Below, piece after piece: positions 47,886-58,354 of a DNA stretch of 64,000 bases. Location: the NCBI GenBank assembly GCA_016842005.1, contig JAENYD010000001.1, forward strand, positions 102,754 through 166,753, in the 5' to 3' direction. The stretch is from Clostridium thermobutyricum. Lineage in GTDB: Bacteria > Bacillota > Clostridia > Ch29. Within the stretch, counting starts at the first letter, position 1, and every line of letters begins with the position of its first letter. Below the pieces are notes generated by a model, which ran no database searches, was not told the origin of the DNA, and worked only from the letters and a program-made list of their open reading frames with translations. A program made the position numbers and the translations under genes.

Positions 47886-49186
47886 GACACCCCCTGTTCT
47901 CTGACTCTTACTATTCCTGTTAGCAATAATTGCATCAGGGCTTTCTTCTGCCTTTTTAACTCCTCAAGCTGCTTTTCATGCAGGTTAATTTCGCGGTCTG
48001 CGGTGGAGAGGATTTCTGCAATGGCAGTTTGCTCAGATATAGTGGGCAACTTAACAGAAATTTTAGTAAGGCTAGCCCTCGATAGATTAAACCTTATTGC
48101 TCCTTGAGCCAACATGTAAAGAATCTTTCTGAAAGCTAACCCTCTAAAATAATAGCATGCAAATTCAGGTAATAAAGTATTGAAATCATTCAATCTGAAG
48201 CCCATACAAAAACTATTCAGATATACCTCATCTATATCACCAAGATAAACGGCAGACATCCCCACTTCATTCTGAGTTTCAGAAGAAGTTGTGAAAAATA
48301 TATCCCCATAACGGACTTTGTTCTGTTTTTCATTATCCAGAATATTTACAAGCTCCAACTTCCTTACATCAATTACAGGGTTTTCATAAATATTATTGTA
48401 CGGAATATAATACTTCCCATATCCGAAATCTTCTTTGCTTTTCCCGCTTAGACCAGCATAGGTATGCCCTATATCTCCTAATCTAATCTCCTTCCATTTA
48501 CCTGTAAATCCAGGAAGACGTTTTCTGCCTGTAAGCAGGTTCTGCATCAGCCATTTTTTCTGTTGCTTTTTCTCTGCAATTAGCCGCTCTTTCAATTTAA
48601 TGGCTTTGTCCCATATAGACAAAACTCCTGCAATTTTCTTCTGCTCGGATATAGGAGGCATATGAACCCAAAGATTCATAAAAGATTTTTTACTCATAAC
48701 CCTGTTCCTTCCTGCTCCGCCCGGCGATATATCTGATAACATCTTTTTAAAATATGGCTGAATCACATAATACTTATAAAAATTTGGACAGGCATTTTCC
48801 CTGAATACATAGGTTGGAAACCTATGTGATACCAATTTGCCCGCATCGTTTTTATCTGCCAGTGCTATTGCGTGTTCCCACGCGAATGTGATATTAACAA
48901 CCAGATCCTTTTCGGCAACTAAGAATAACTCCTCCATGGCAACAGTATCCGGGTCATCTATAAACTCATGGAATGTTCCCTTTGCATGACTTCTAAGCCC
49001 CAAGCGCCAGTAACCTTTCTTAGGCTTAGGCACTTTTCTTTCTACATGGTCAAGTATATAGTTTAGTTGTTTTACATCCCAATCCTTAGGGTTAATACCT
49101 GCTTTTGTTTTTTTATACCCCTCAGGCACCACACCTTTTCTTATCTGCTCTATACGTTCCCTTATCTCAGGCTTCAATTTTTTCAC
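47882..49186 (-). CDS. hsdS: Type I restriction-modification specificity subunit (two TRDs)
   Basis: Two target-recognition domains separated by, and ending with, conserved coiled-coil regions (ISEQKKIAGVLSIWDKAIKLKERLIAEKK...; ISEQTAIAEILSTADREINLHEKQLEELKRQKKALMQ). Confidence 0.85.
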   Translation of the reverse strand: MKKLKPEIRERIEQIRKGVVPEGYKKTKAGINPKDWDVKQLNYILDHVERKVPKPKKGYWRLGLRSHAKGTFHEFIDDPDTVAMEELFLVAEKDLVVNITFAWEHAIALADKNDAGKLVSHRFPTYVFRENACPNFYKYYVIQPYFKKMLSDISPGGAGRNRVMSKKSFMNLWVHMPPISEQKKIAGVLSIWDKAIKLKERLIAEKKQQKKWLMQNLLTGRKRLPGFTGKWKEIRLGDIGHTYAGLSGKSKEDFGYGKYYIPYNNIYENPVIDVRKLELVNILDNEKQNKVRYGDIFFTTSSETQNEVGMSAVYLGDIDEVYLNSFCMGFRLNDFNTLLPEFACYYFRGLAFRKILYMLAQGAIRFNLSRASLTKISVKLPTISEQTAIAEILSTADREINLHEKQLEELKRQKKALMQLLLTGIVRVREQGVS

Positions 49187-50038
49187 CTACAATTCTTTGG
49201 TTTTATTTTTACTGCTAATTCTTTTAAACTCTTTTTTTTCAAGCTGTTTTATGCTTTCATCCGGGGTAGGCAGGTCTTCAGGCATGGTTCCTCCCAGTTT
49301 TCTAATTGTATCCCGTACGGTTTTACCCACTTCATAATGAGTTTTATTTGCCTCTTCTTTTCCCTTTATTTTTTCTCTTCTCATTTTTTCATCAGTTTGA
49401 GTTGCACGGAATAGATTGGCTGCAAGTTAAGTACTGCCCATATGGTCAAGTATTTTTTGATTCTTTTTTAGTTTCTTTCTTCTATGTATTTCTTTAACCC
49501 CTAGCCCTCCATAAAGGCCCTGATAGCCCTTATTTTGGAACACCGCATACTCTTGCGGAGTTTCAATCCCTGCCATCTGTGCTGCTTCAGCCAAAGATTT
49601 ATTATGCTCACGGATTTCTCTCCGGATTGTCAGACGTTTTGTGTTTTCATCCAATTCATCGAACTCATCCTGCAATTCCTGTCGTCTTGTCTGAATGGCA
49701 AAATAGGTCTGACCAAGAGCTATAATTTTCTTCCTCGGATCCGCATTCTGCACGATTAAATAACATGCATACCGCGAAAGCTCAATATCTTCTATTCTAC
49801 GTTGAGCGCCTTTAGGCAATTTTATCATTTTCGTGACGTCACGAAAATGATCTTTTACATTGACATTACTATTTTCACATGCTTCCTTTGCTTTTTCCAA
49901 AACCTTGTGAAAATTCTCCCAGCGGGCATATTCGAGAACTGGAGCCAATTCCCTTGCCAACCAGCATTCTACTCCATATTCGTTAATATGCTTTATTTCA
50001 TCAAAGGTTTTGAAACTGTATTTTTCAATATTACTCAT
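49187..50038 (-). pseudogene. dinD: dinD/rhuM-family gene (DNA-damage-inducible protein D-like) interrupted by a single in-frame TAA
   Basis: The 203-aa ORF (…AGQTYFAIQTRRQEL…KNQKILDHMGST*) and the downstream 65-aa ORF (…ANKTHYEVGKTVRDTIRKLGGTMPEDLPTP…) are the same frame. The only break is the TAA at 49427-49429. Read-through gives ...HMGST*LAANLFRATQTDEKMRREKIKGKEEANKTHY..., colinear with E. coli DinD ...HMGSTELAANLFRATQTEEKLKRDG...ANTTHF.... Confidence 0.75.
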
Positions 50039-51627
50039 AATCCCAACTCCTCCAGATATCTTGCCATCTGTGTTTCCACTTCGGCAAGTTCCTTTTGGAT
50101 GTTTACAATATTGGATCTAACTTCTTCAATATCCACCAAAGCTTCTTCTTCAAAAGTATCGACATATCGGGGAATATTCAAATTGTACTCGTTGGATACT
50201 ATCTCTTCAGCATCCGCTACATGTGCAAACTTTGCGATATCTGTCCGATTCTCATAGGCTTTTACAATATCGTTTATATGTTTTGTTTCAAGCTTATTCT
50301 GATTCTTATCTTTTCTATATCGGAGATTGCCTTTTTCATCTTTACCTGAAGCATCTATGAAAAGCACATCATTACGATTGCGGTTTTTCTTGAAAACCAG
50401 TATACAGGCTGGAATGCTTGTACCATAAAACAGATTGGCAGGTAGCCCGATAACCGCATCCAATAGATTCTTATCGATCACGGCTTTTCTTATTCTTCCT
50501 TCAGACGCACCCCTAAACAAGACGCCGTGAGGAGCAACGGCAGCAATTCTACCGCCGCTTTTCAAGCTGGCAATCATGTGTAACAAGAACGCCCAGTCTC
50601 CTTTACTGGCCGGTGGTACTCCCCAATCAAAGCGATGATACCTGTCAAGTGATGCTTCCATCTTGAATCTTTTCCCTTTATCAGCCATTTCCCCGGATGA
50701 ATTAAAACCGGCTGCCCATTTATCCTGCGAGAATGGCATATTGGCCACTATAACGTCAAACTGCATGAGATTGCCGTCAGCGTCCAAATGCAGAGGGTTA
50801 GCAATCGTATCACCCCAAGCAATACTAGCGTCTAAAATGTCATGTATAAACATATTCATTCTTGCCATTGCCCAGGAAGAACCGTTCATTTCCTGACCGT
50901 ACAGAGCCAGTTTTTTTTCATAACCGTTGCCCTCCTCCTTTTCAATGGCTATTTTCCCGGTCCGTATTAGTAATGAACCGGATCCACAGGTGGGATCGTA
51001 TATGGTATCGCTTATTTTGGGATTTACAATACGCGCCATAAGCTCCGATACCTCTGGCGGGGTAAAGAACGAGCCTGCCTTTTTGCCTGCCTGGCTAGCA
51101 AACTCACCAATCATGTATTCATATGCATCGCCTATTGTGTCGGCAGCTACTTTACCTTCCTCCGGTTGTATGGAAGACGGACGTAAGTCAAGGGATACAA
51201 AATCCTCAAGCAATTCTCTTAGACGGGTATTTCTTTGCTTATGGTTGCCCAACATGGCTTCGCTGTTAAAATCGACACTTCTAAAGACGCCTGCAAGTTG
51301 GGATGGATTGTCATCTTCTATACCACGCAAAGCAATGTTTATGAGTTCTCCCAAATTATCTCTATACCTGTTTTCATATAACCATGAAAATGTATGTTCT
51401 TTTTTTATTACAAATGGAAGCCTGTTAATAGCTCTCTGTAACCTTATTGGGTCATTGTATTTTTTTCTTAATCCGTCAACGCTGTCCATATATTTATCGC
51501 TGAGATATTTAACAAAGAGCATTGACAAAACGTAATCCTTATAGTTAGCTGCATCAATGGTCCCCCTGAATGTATTGGCACCTCTCCAGAGTGCGGCCTC
51601 AATGTCTTTTCTCGTGGTAGCCATCAC
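50035..51627 (-). CDS. hsdM: Type I restriction-modification N6-adenine DNA methyltransferase subunit
   Basis: HsdM N-terminal domain (MMATTRKDIEAALWRGANTFRG), AdoMet motif I (DPTCGSGSLL) and motif IV (NMPF). Confidence 0.9.
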   Translation of the reverse strand: MMATTRKDIEAALWRGANTFRGTIDAANYKDYVLSMLFVKYLSDKYMDSVDGLRKKYNDPIRLQRAINRLPFVIKKEHTFSWLYENRYRDNLGELINIALRGIEDDNPSQLAGVFRSVDFNSEAMLGNHKQRNTRLRELLEDFVSLDLRPSSIQPEEGKVAADTIGDAYEYMIGEFASQAGKKAGSFFTPPEVSELMARIVNPKISDTIYDPTCGSGSLLIRTGKIAIEKEEGNGYEKKLALYGQEMNGSSWAMARMNMFIHDILDASIAWGDTIANPLHLDADGNLMQFDVIVANMPFSQDKWAAGFNSSGEMADKGKRFKMEASLDRYHRFDWGVPPASKGDWAFLLHMIASLKSGGRIAAVAPHGVLFRGASEGRIRKAVIDKNLLDAVIGLPANLFYGTSIPACILVFKKNRNRNDVLFIDASGKDEKGNLRYRKDKNQNKLETKHINDIVKAYENRTDIAKFAHVADAEEIVSNEYNLNIPRYVDTFEEEALVDIEEVRSNIVNIQKELAEVETQMARYLEELGL

Positions 51628-52226
51628 TTTCCCTCCTTATCATTTGATACTACACTGTTCATTACTGCCGCCATAAGTCGCCGGTCTTCTATAATCAGTT
51701 GATTTAATAACTGCTTTTTCTTCTTATATAGCAGCCACATCTGACCAATTATTTTCTGTTTTTTATATTCAATAATGGGAATTTCCAGTGCTTTTAATGC
51801 TTTAATTGATATTGTCTTTATTGCCGAAACTGAGCCAATAATATTACTATTTAACCAAGCCAATCCTCCATTTTCCAACAGACAGGCAATATAGGCCGGA
51901 TAATAGCCTTTTAGCGCACGGATAATAAAAAGATTGCTTGAAAAGGTAGTGTATGGCATTTCTATAGTTATTAATGTTGCAGTATCCGGGTTTAACCGTT
52001 TCAACAGAATATCATTTTTCCGAATAAAATAACTTTCATCAATAACAGCCTGCCTTGCTATTTTAGTAAGGCCTTGTATTTCATTGAAATCTCCTAGATT
52101 ATTCGGCTGAATGATGCTATATGTTGTTGTTCCTTTATTATATTGTAGCACTGATTGTCTAGTATCAGATACACCATTCAATACATCGGCAATATCGCCT
52201 AATTTAACTTTATTTAATAATGCCAT
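51624..52226 (-). CDS. Half-size type I specificity subunit (single TRD plus conserved C-terminal helix)
   Basis: ~200 aa: one TRD followed by a conserved coiled region (IEYKKQKIIGQMWLLYKKKKQLLNQLIIEDRRL). Its stop overlaps the hsdM start. Confidence 0.65.
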   Translation of the reverse strand: MALLNKVKLGDIADVLNGVSDTRQSVLQYNKGTTTYSIIQPNNLGDFNEIQGLTKIARQAVIDESYFIRKNDILLKRLNPDTATLITIEMPYTTFSSNLFIIRALKGYYPAYIACLLENGGLAWLNSNIIGSVSAIKTISIKALKALEIPIIEYKKQKIIGQMWLLYKKKKQLLNQLIIEDRRLMAAVMNSVVSNDKEGK

Positions 52227-52337
52227 TTCATCACTCCTTTTCAACAACCGTTACAGGAGAACAAATTCATAAATATAGTTTAAATACTTGAAAGTCAAAG
52301 CCATCTATCTTATATGATGATGGTTTTGGCTTCGATT

Positions 52338-52535
52338 AAGCTAACCTCTTGGCGGAAACGGGCGTTACCATAGCTATCTTTTTGTCTTATCCTTCCGTCC
52401 TCTCTATGGATAACAAGTTCAGAGCCTTGATTTCTCGCTATTTCCTGCGCAATGTCAATTACTTCTTTTTGTGTATCGGTACGAATAGTAGCTTTTTCGT
52501 TTCCTCCCCTTTAACCGCCAACCGCCATCGGGATC
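52338..52535 (-). pseudogene. DUF2188-family small-protein remnant with several frameshifts and an in-frame stop
   Basis: Three - strand frames carry consecutive pieces of the DUF2188 consensus: KLYHDPDGGW / RLAVKGEE / NEKATIRTDTQKEVIDIAQEIARNQGSELVIHREDGRIRQKDSYGN, then APFPPRG after another 1-nt slip. Confidence 0.5.
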
Positions 52536-52918
52536 ATGGTATAATTTGCATATCAAAAATTCATTGACACCCCATTTCTCACAAAAGTCTTTGACGAACC
52601 TAGTGGAATTATATCACAATAATCCCATTAGTCAATATGTATTTTTTTATGTTAAGCTTTAACATATATAATATTGGTTATTTTTTGTTGCCTTAACGTA
52701 TACTTTCCGCTTAAGTTATCACATCACATATGAAAAATAGAAACCGCTGGCCTTATGGATCAAATGCCCACTAACATAAGTCCACAGATAATATGATTTA
52801 GCTATGAACGGGAAAAAAGAACATCTCTTCTGCCCGTTTTTAGAATATTTCCATTGACATATGTGTACATATAATATATAGTGTGTATATACTATATATG
52901 CAATGAAGGGAGAACAGC

Positions 52919-53299
52919 ATGTTCATCACTATTTCTCCGAACAATCCGGACCCGCTGTACAAGCAGATAAAAGACCAGATTAAAACCGCCATAATGGCGG
53001 GCGAAGTAAAACCTGGAGATACGCTGCCTTCCATCCGGGGTCTGGCAAAAGAACTGAAGACCAGTGTCATAACCATAAAAAGGGCATATACCGACCTGGA
53101 ACAGGAAGGATTTATAACAACGCGGCAGGGCATGGGTTCTTTTGTCACTGACATAAGCCGGGAGAGGCTCAGACTTGAAAAGCTAGGCGAAATCCGCAAA
53201 AAGCTGGCGCATCTCACCGAAGATGCCGCCCGCTTCGATATTTCCGCCGGCGATATTATCCGCATACTTAAAGAATTGGAGGGAAGATTTGATGGATAA
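52919..53299 (+). CDS. GntR-family regulator, YtrA subfamily (short C-terminus)
   Basis: wHTH (TLPSIRGLAKELKTSVITIKRAYTDLEQEGFI) with a ~50-aa C-terminal tail. It is the first gene of an ABC-exporter operon. Confidence 0.8.
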   Translation: MFITISPNNPDPLYKQIKDQIKTAIMAGEVKPGDTLPSIRGLAKELKTSVITIKRAYTDLEQEGFITTRQGMGSFVTDISRERLRLEKLGEIRKKLAHLTEDAARFDISAGDIIRILKELEGRFDG

Positions 53300-54173
53300 C
53301 ATACTGGAGGTTGTGAACCTTCGCAAGGAATACAGGGAATTCACATTGAAGGATATATCATTTTCACTGCCCAGGGGATACATCATGGGCCTTATAGGTC
53401 CCAACGGTGCGGGAAAAACCACCACAATAAAGCTGATTATGAACATTATAAACCCCGACGGCGGTAAGGTAAGTGTTTTCGGCCGGTCTTACAGGGACAG
53501 CGAAGAAGAAATAAAGAATAGAATTGGTTATGTGGGTGAAACACAGTATTTCTTCGAAGATATGACAGTGGACTGGACCGAAAGATTTATCTCAGCGTAT
53601 TATGAAAAATGGGACCCGGGGATGTTTGACAGCCTGATCAAACGTTTCGGGGTTAGCAGGACCAAAAAGACCAAAGAGCTTTCAAAGGGGATGAAGGTAA
53701 AACTATCCCTTGCCCTCGCCCTTGCCCATCACCCGCAGCTGCTCATCCTTGACGAACCCACATCGGGTCTTGACCCGGTTGTGCGGAGAGAAATACTGGA
53801 TATGCTCCTGGACCTGATACAGGATGACGGGAAATCGGTGCTGATGTCTTCCCATATAACCGAAGATATTGAGAAGATTGCCGACTATGTCACATATATT
53901 GTTGACGGGAATATAACCCTTACGGATGAAAAGGAGAATATACTGTCCAGCTGGAAAAAAATTCACATCAAGGGAGAGCTGGCGACCCCCTGGATAAAAT
54001 CAAAGCTAAAGGCCGTGCAGGAGAACATCTTCGGCATATCGGGCATGACCGACGATTACAGGGCGATACTGGAGCATACAGGCGGTTCAAAGGGCAGCAG
54101 CGGTATAAGGGTGGAAAACGCAACCCTTGACGATATACTCATATCCTTTGTAAAGGGGGGAAAACAATGCTGA
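53292..54173 (+). CDS. ABC transporter ATP-binding protein (ABC-2/bacitracin-type exporter ATPase)
   Basis: Walker A GPNGAGKTT, signature LSKGMKVK, Walker B LLILDEPTSGLD. Start at ATG 53292 overlaps the GntR stop. Confidence 0.85.
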   Translation: MDNILEVVNLRKEYREFTLKDISFSLPRGYIMGLIGPNGAGKTTTIKLIMNIINPDGGKVSVFGRSYRDSEEEIKNRIGYVGETQYFFEDMTVDWTERFISAYYEKWDPGMFDSLIKRFGVSRTKKTKELSKGMKVKLSLALALAHHPQLLILDEPTSGLDPVVRREILDMLLDLIQDDGKSVLMSSHITEDIEKIADYVTYIVDGNITLTDEKENILSSWKKIHIKGELATPWIKSKLKAVQENIFGISGMTDDYRAILEHTGGSKGSSGIRVENATLDDILISFVKGGKQC

Positions 54174-54829
54174 ATCTCATATTAAAGGATATCTACAATT
54201 CAAAGAAAATCATTATACTCTATGCGCTTGTGGGAATAGGATTAATTCTCTCCATGAACATGTCTTCACCGAACACAGGCAGTGTAGGCGCTTTTGTATT
54301 CATTATGGCGTACGGCGTGGTCATCAGGAACGAATACCTTGAGGACAAAAATAATGCATACACGCTGTACAGAACCCTGCCCATAAGACCGTATAAAGTG
54401 GTTGTAAGCAAGTATATAACCGGTATCCTGGTAATAATGCTGGCTATGGTATTATCCGTCTCGGTACAGTGTTTTGCCTCCCGGTTTTTCCTCACCGGCT
54501 TGCCGGTATCCCCGCAACAGTTCTACCTGCCCGCTGTGTCGGCAGGCTGCTCTGCACTGATGTTCGTGGGAGGATTCTATGTAATGGCGTTTAAATACGG
54601 TACAGTGAAGGCTATAAACTATGCAAGATTGATATTGTTCGCCCTGTTCTGCGGGCTGATGTTTCTTATAACCATTTTAAAAAGAATGGCAGTGGATATG
54701 AACCTCAGCGGCATCGCATCCATCATTGAAAATATACGCGGCATATGGATTGTATTAATTGTAATGGCTGTATACATCATGTTCATGGTGATAAGTATAA
54801 GGCTTTACGGGCAAAAAAATGAGATATAG
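54167..54829 (+). CDS. ABC-2-type membrane permease (6 TM)
   Basis: 220-aa polytopic protein translationally coupled to the ATPase. Typical of YtrA-controlled exporter modules. Confidence 0.65.
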   Translation: MLNLILKDIYNSKKIIILYALVGIGLILSMNMSSPNTGSVGAFVFIMAYGVVIRNEYLEDKNNAYTLYRTLPIRPYKVVVSKYITGILVIMLAMVLSVSVQCFASRFFLTGLPVSPQQFYLPAVSAGCSALMFVGGFYVMAFKYGTVKAINYARLILFALFCGLMFLITILKRMAVDMNLSGIASIIENIRGIWIVLIVMAVYIMFMVISIRLYGQKNEI

Positions 54830-54874
54830 GGTACGAAGAATGGACAGGGGAAGAATCCCTCTGTCCATTCCTGT

Positions 54875-56308
54875 TTATGCGTCCAGCAGTTCTTTCAGTA
54901 TAGCGTTTACCAGTTGCGGGTTGGCCTTTCCTTTGGTTTCTCTCATGGTCTGACCCACCAGGAACCCGAAGGCCTTTGTCTTCCCGCCTTTATAATCTTC
55001 CACAGAGGCAGGATTTTTATCCAGTATACCCTGTATAATCTCTTTCAGTGCCTCTTCATCGTTTATCTGCACCAGCCCCAGCCTCTCCACTATAGTCTCC
55101 GGCTTTTCCCTGCTGTCAAACATCTCTTCGAAAACCTTCTTGGCAGCGGAACCGCTTATGGTCCCCTTATCAATCAGCCCAAGCAGCTCAGCCAGATATC
55201 CTGCCGGGAACGGGATCTCCTCCGCCTCCAGGCCCCTGTCGTTCATAATTCTCATCAGTTCACCCATAACCCAGTTGCTGACGGTTTTTGCATCCCCATG
55301 ATAGTTTTTGTTACATTCCTCAAAGAACAGGGCCAGGGTCAGTGATGCGGTAATCACTCCGGCATCGTACCCGGGAAGTCCCAGTTCCTTTACATACCTT
55401 TCCTTCTTGACATGGGGCAGTTCAGGCAGTTCGGACCTTAACCGCTCTACATAGTTTCTTTCCAGCACCACCGGTACCAGGTCGGGTTCCGGAAAATACC
55501 TGTAGTCATGGGCTTCTTCCTTGCTTCTTAATGATGTGTTCTTACCTTTGGCGTCATCCCATTTTCTGGTCTCCTGCACCACCTCGCCGCCGGATTCCAG
55601 TACCCTGACCTGCCTCTTCCTCTCGTTTTCTATGGCATTGACAAGGGATTTGAACGAATTGAGGTTCTTCATCTCGGTTCTTGTACCCAACTGGGTGCTT
55701 CCTTCCGGCCGCACGGAAAGATTTACGTCAAACCTGAGGGAACCCTCCTGCATCTTGCAGTCGGATACGCCGACATATTCCAGTATGGATTTTATCTTTT
55801 CTGCATAGGCCCTGGCCTCTTCGGCACTGCGTATATCCGGCTCGGACACTATCTCTATCAATGGTACGCCGCACCGGTTGTAATCCACCAGGGTGCTGCC
55901 GTCATCCGTATCATGGAGCAGTTTCCCCGCATCCTCTTCTATGTGAATCCTGGTAATGCCAATATTCTTACTTCCCTTTTCACCTTCTATGGTAATATAT
56001 CCCCCTTTGCACAGGGGAAGATCGAACTGGGATATCTGATATGCCTTGGGCAGATCCGGGTAAAAATAGTTTTTCCTGTCCAGTTTGCTGAACTCCGCTA
56101 TCTCGCAGTTGGTGGCAAGACCGGCCTTTACAGCGTATTCGACCACCTTTTCATTCAATACCGGCAGTACCCCCGGCAGTCCCGTACAGATGGGGCAGCA
56201 ATGGGTATTCTCTTCACCGCCGAATTGGGTGGTACAGTCGCAGAATATCTTGGTTCTGGTACACAATTCCGCATGTATTTCAAGACCTATAACGGTTTCA
56301 TATTTCAA
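54875..56308 (-). CDS. gatB: Asp-tRNA(Asn)/Glu-tRNA(Gln) amidotransferase subunit B
   Basis: [15 protein letters not shown]...KIFCDC...[12 protein letters not shown] is the GatB consensus. Confidence 0.9.
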   Translation of the reverse strand: MKYETVIGLEIHAELCTRTKIFCDCTTQFGGEENTHCCPICTGLPGVLPVLNEKVVEYAVKAGLATNCEIAEFSKLDRKNYFYPDLPKAYQISQFDLPLCKGGYITIEGEKGSKNIGITRIHIEEDAGKLLHDTDDGSTLVDYNRCGVPLIEIVSEPDIRSAEEARAYAEKIKSILEYVGVSDCKMQEGSLRFDVNLSVRPEGSTQLGTRTEMKNLNSFKSLVNAIENERKRQVRVLESGGEVVQETRKWDDAKGKNTSLRSKEEAHDYRYFPEPDLVPVVLERNYVERLRSELPELPHVKKERYVKELGLPGYDAGVITASLTLALFFEECNKNYHGDAKTVSNWVMGELMRIMNDRGLEAEEIPFPAGYLAELLGLIDKGTISGSAAKKVFEEMFDSREKPETIVERLGLVQINDEEALKEIIQGILDKNPASVEDYKGGKTKAFGFLVGQTMRETKGKANPQLVNAILKELLDA

Positions 56309-56323
56309 CAGTATTCACCTCCA

Positions 56324-57784
56324 CTATATTTCCGGGTTCCTGGTATGGTAATCGGTATCTTGCTCGAAGGCATAAGCAACCCTTAAAACGGTCCCTTCAT
56401 CAAAGGCCTTGCCGATTACCTGCAGGCCCACCGGAAGTCCGTCTGCAAAACCGCAGGGAATGGATATTCCCGGAAGTCCCGCAATATTTACCGGAATGGT
56501 ACAGATATCCGACAGGTACATCTGTACCGGGTCCTGGGTCTTGGCTCCTGCCTTAAAGGCCACATCCGGCGAAGTAGGGCATATAACCGCATCATAATTC
56601 TCAAAAACTTTGTCGAAATCCTGTTTTATCAGTGTCCGCACCTTTTGCGCTTTCTTGTAATAGGCATCATAATAACCGGAACTCAGAGTATAGGTGCCGA
56701 GCATTATGCGCCTTTTCACCTCTGCTCCGAAGCCCTCGCTCCTGCTCTTGACAAACAGGTCTCTCAGGTCGGAGAAGTTCTCCGCCCTGTAACCGTACCT
56801 TATGCCGTCATAACGGGCCAGGTTGGAACTGGCTTCAGCAGATGCAATTATGTAATAAACAGGCAGGGCGTAATCGGTATGGGGCAGGGATACTTCCTCA
56901 CATACAGCCCCCAGGGCCTCAAACTTTTTAATAGCGCTCAGAACCGCATCCTTAACTTCTTTATCTATTCCTTCACCGAAATATTCCCGGGGAATGGCAA
57001 GTTTCATGCCCTTTATATCCTCAACAAGGCTTCTGGTAAAGTCCGGTACCTCTATATCCACTGAAGTGGAGTCATACCTGTCATATCCGGAAATATAGTT
57101 CATGACCAGGGCACAGTCGGTTACATCCCGGGTAAAGGGACCTATCTGGTCCAGTGAAGAAGCGAAGGCAATCAGACCATACCTGGATATCCTCCCGTAA
57201 GTGGGTTTCATGCCTACCACCCCGCAGAGGGCAGCCGGCTGTCGGATGGAGCCCCCTGTATCCGAACCCAGGGCAAAATAGGACATCCCTGCGGCAACCG
57301 CCGCGGCGGACCCCCCGCTGGAGCCTCCGGGCACCCTCTCCAGGTCCCATGGGTTACAGCTCCTGAAGTAAGCCGAATTTTCGGTGGATGAACCCATGGC
57401 AAACTCGTCCAGATTGGTCTTGCCCACCAGAACGGCATCGGCGTCAGCCAGTCTTTCATATACTGTGGCACTGTAAGGGGGGATGAAATTATGTAGAATT
57501 TTAGAGGAACAGGTTGTCCTTACCCCTTCGGTACACATATTGTCCTTTAATCCCATAGGTATCCCGGCCAGAAGTGACACTTCCCGGCCTTCCCTGATCT
57601 TGTGGTCTACTTCACGGGCTTTGTCCAAAGCCTCTTCTTCGACTACCGTCATAAATGCCTTTACTCTGCCATCTATGTCTTTAATCCTGTCCAGTGCGGC
57701 CCGGGTAACTTCTTCGGCACTTATTTCCCTTTTCCTGATCATATCCGACAGTTGACGGATTGACATATAATGCAGCTTGTCCAT
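56324..57784 (-). CDS. gatA: Glu-tRNA(Gln) amidotransferase subunit A (amidase signature family)
   Basis: Amidase signature [14 protein letters not shown]...; N-terminal [20 protein letters not shown]. Confidence 0.9.
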   Translation of the reverse strand: MDKLHYMSIRQLSDMIRKREISAEEVTRAALDRIKDIDGRVKAFMTVVEEEALDKAREVDHKIREGREVSLLAGIPMGLKDNMCTEGVRTTCSSKILHNFIPPYSATVYERLADADAVLVGKTNLDEFAMGSSTENSAYFRSCNPWDLERVPGGSSGGSAAAVAAGMSYFALGSDTGGSIRQPAALCGVVGMKPTYGRISRYGLIAFASSLDQIGPFTRDVTDCALVMNYISGYDRYDSTSVDIEVPDFTRSLVEDIKGMKLAIPREYFGEGIDKEVKDAVLSAIKKFEALGAVCEEVSLPHTDYALPVYYIIASAEASSNLARYDGIRYGYRAENFSDLRDLFVKSRSEGFGAEVKRRIMLGTYTLSSGYYDAYYKKAQKVRTLIKQDFDKVFENYDAVICPTSPDVAFKAGAKTQDPVQMYLSDICTIPVNIAGLPGISIPCGFADGLPVGLQVIGKAFDEGTVLRVAYAFEQDTDYHTRNPEI

Positions 57785-57803
57785 ATTATTTCCTCCAATC
57801 CTT

Positions 57804-58088
57804 TTACTCAATCACCCTTGGTACCCTGAAACACCCTTTATCCTTGTCAGGGGCATTCATCAGCAGTTTGTCCCTGTCCATGGAAGGACGCACTTGGTCT
57901 TTTCTGAAGATATTCTTAACAGGCAGTATATGTGCTGTAGGCGGAACACTGTCGGTATCCACCTGTTTGAGTTTCTCGGCGTATTCCAGAATGTCGTTAA
58001 GGGTCCGGGTGTACATATCCTTTTCATCTTCGGAAAATTCGAGCCGTGCCAGCCCTGCAACATATTCAACATCCTTTCTGGTAATCAT
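57804..58088 (-). CDS. gatC: Glu-tRNA(Gln) amidotransferase subunit C
   Basis: [23 protein letters not shown]..., RBS GGAGGTGAAACA-ATG. The ORF-track upstream extension is not coding. Confidence 0.85.
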   Translation of the reverse strand: MITRKDVEYVAGLARLEFSEDEKDMYTRTLNDILEYAEKLKQVDTDSVPPTAHILPVKNIFRKDQVRPSMDRDKLLMNAPDKDKGCFRVPRVIE

Positions 58089-58108
58089 TGTTTCACCTCC
58101 ATATATAT

Positions 58109-58135
58109 CCCTGAATAAATATTGAGGGGGGGTAT
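58109..58135 (-). terminator. GC-rich hairpin (GGGAGGGG/CCCCCCCTC) between the small ORF and gatC: terminator or leader attenuator
   Basis: - strand GGGAGGGGttttcataCCCCCCCTCaatatttattc. Confidence 0.4.
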
Positions 58136-58213
58136 GAAAACCCCTCCCAGCATACATAACGCTATCTATTCTATTATAATCCAATTACGCCAAAAGTAAA
58201 AAATCTGTACGTA

Positions 58214-58354
58214 TTATTTGCCTTTATCTCTGATAAGCGTAACTTTCCAGCCGTTCATCCTCATGCTGAGCAACCACATAAGCTTGTTAAACATGGAATT
58301 GAAGCTGCAGTCTTCAATATAGTACACCTTGCCTCTTCTGACTTTGTATTTCAA
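58214..58354 (-). CDS. Candidate unannotated small ORF (46 aa, TTG start) between ligA and gatC
   Basis: RBS GGAGGGGTG 9 nt upstream of TTG. Translation MKYKVRRGKVYYIEDCSFNSMFNKLMWLLSMRMNGWKVTLIRDKGK. It is followed by the GC hairpin. Confidence 0.25.
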   Translation of the reverse strand: MKYKVRRGKVYYIEDCSFNSMFNKLMWLLSMRMNGWKVTLIRDKGK

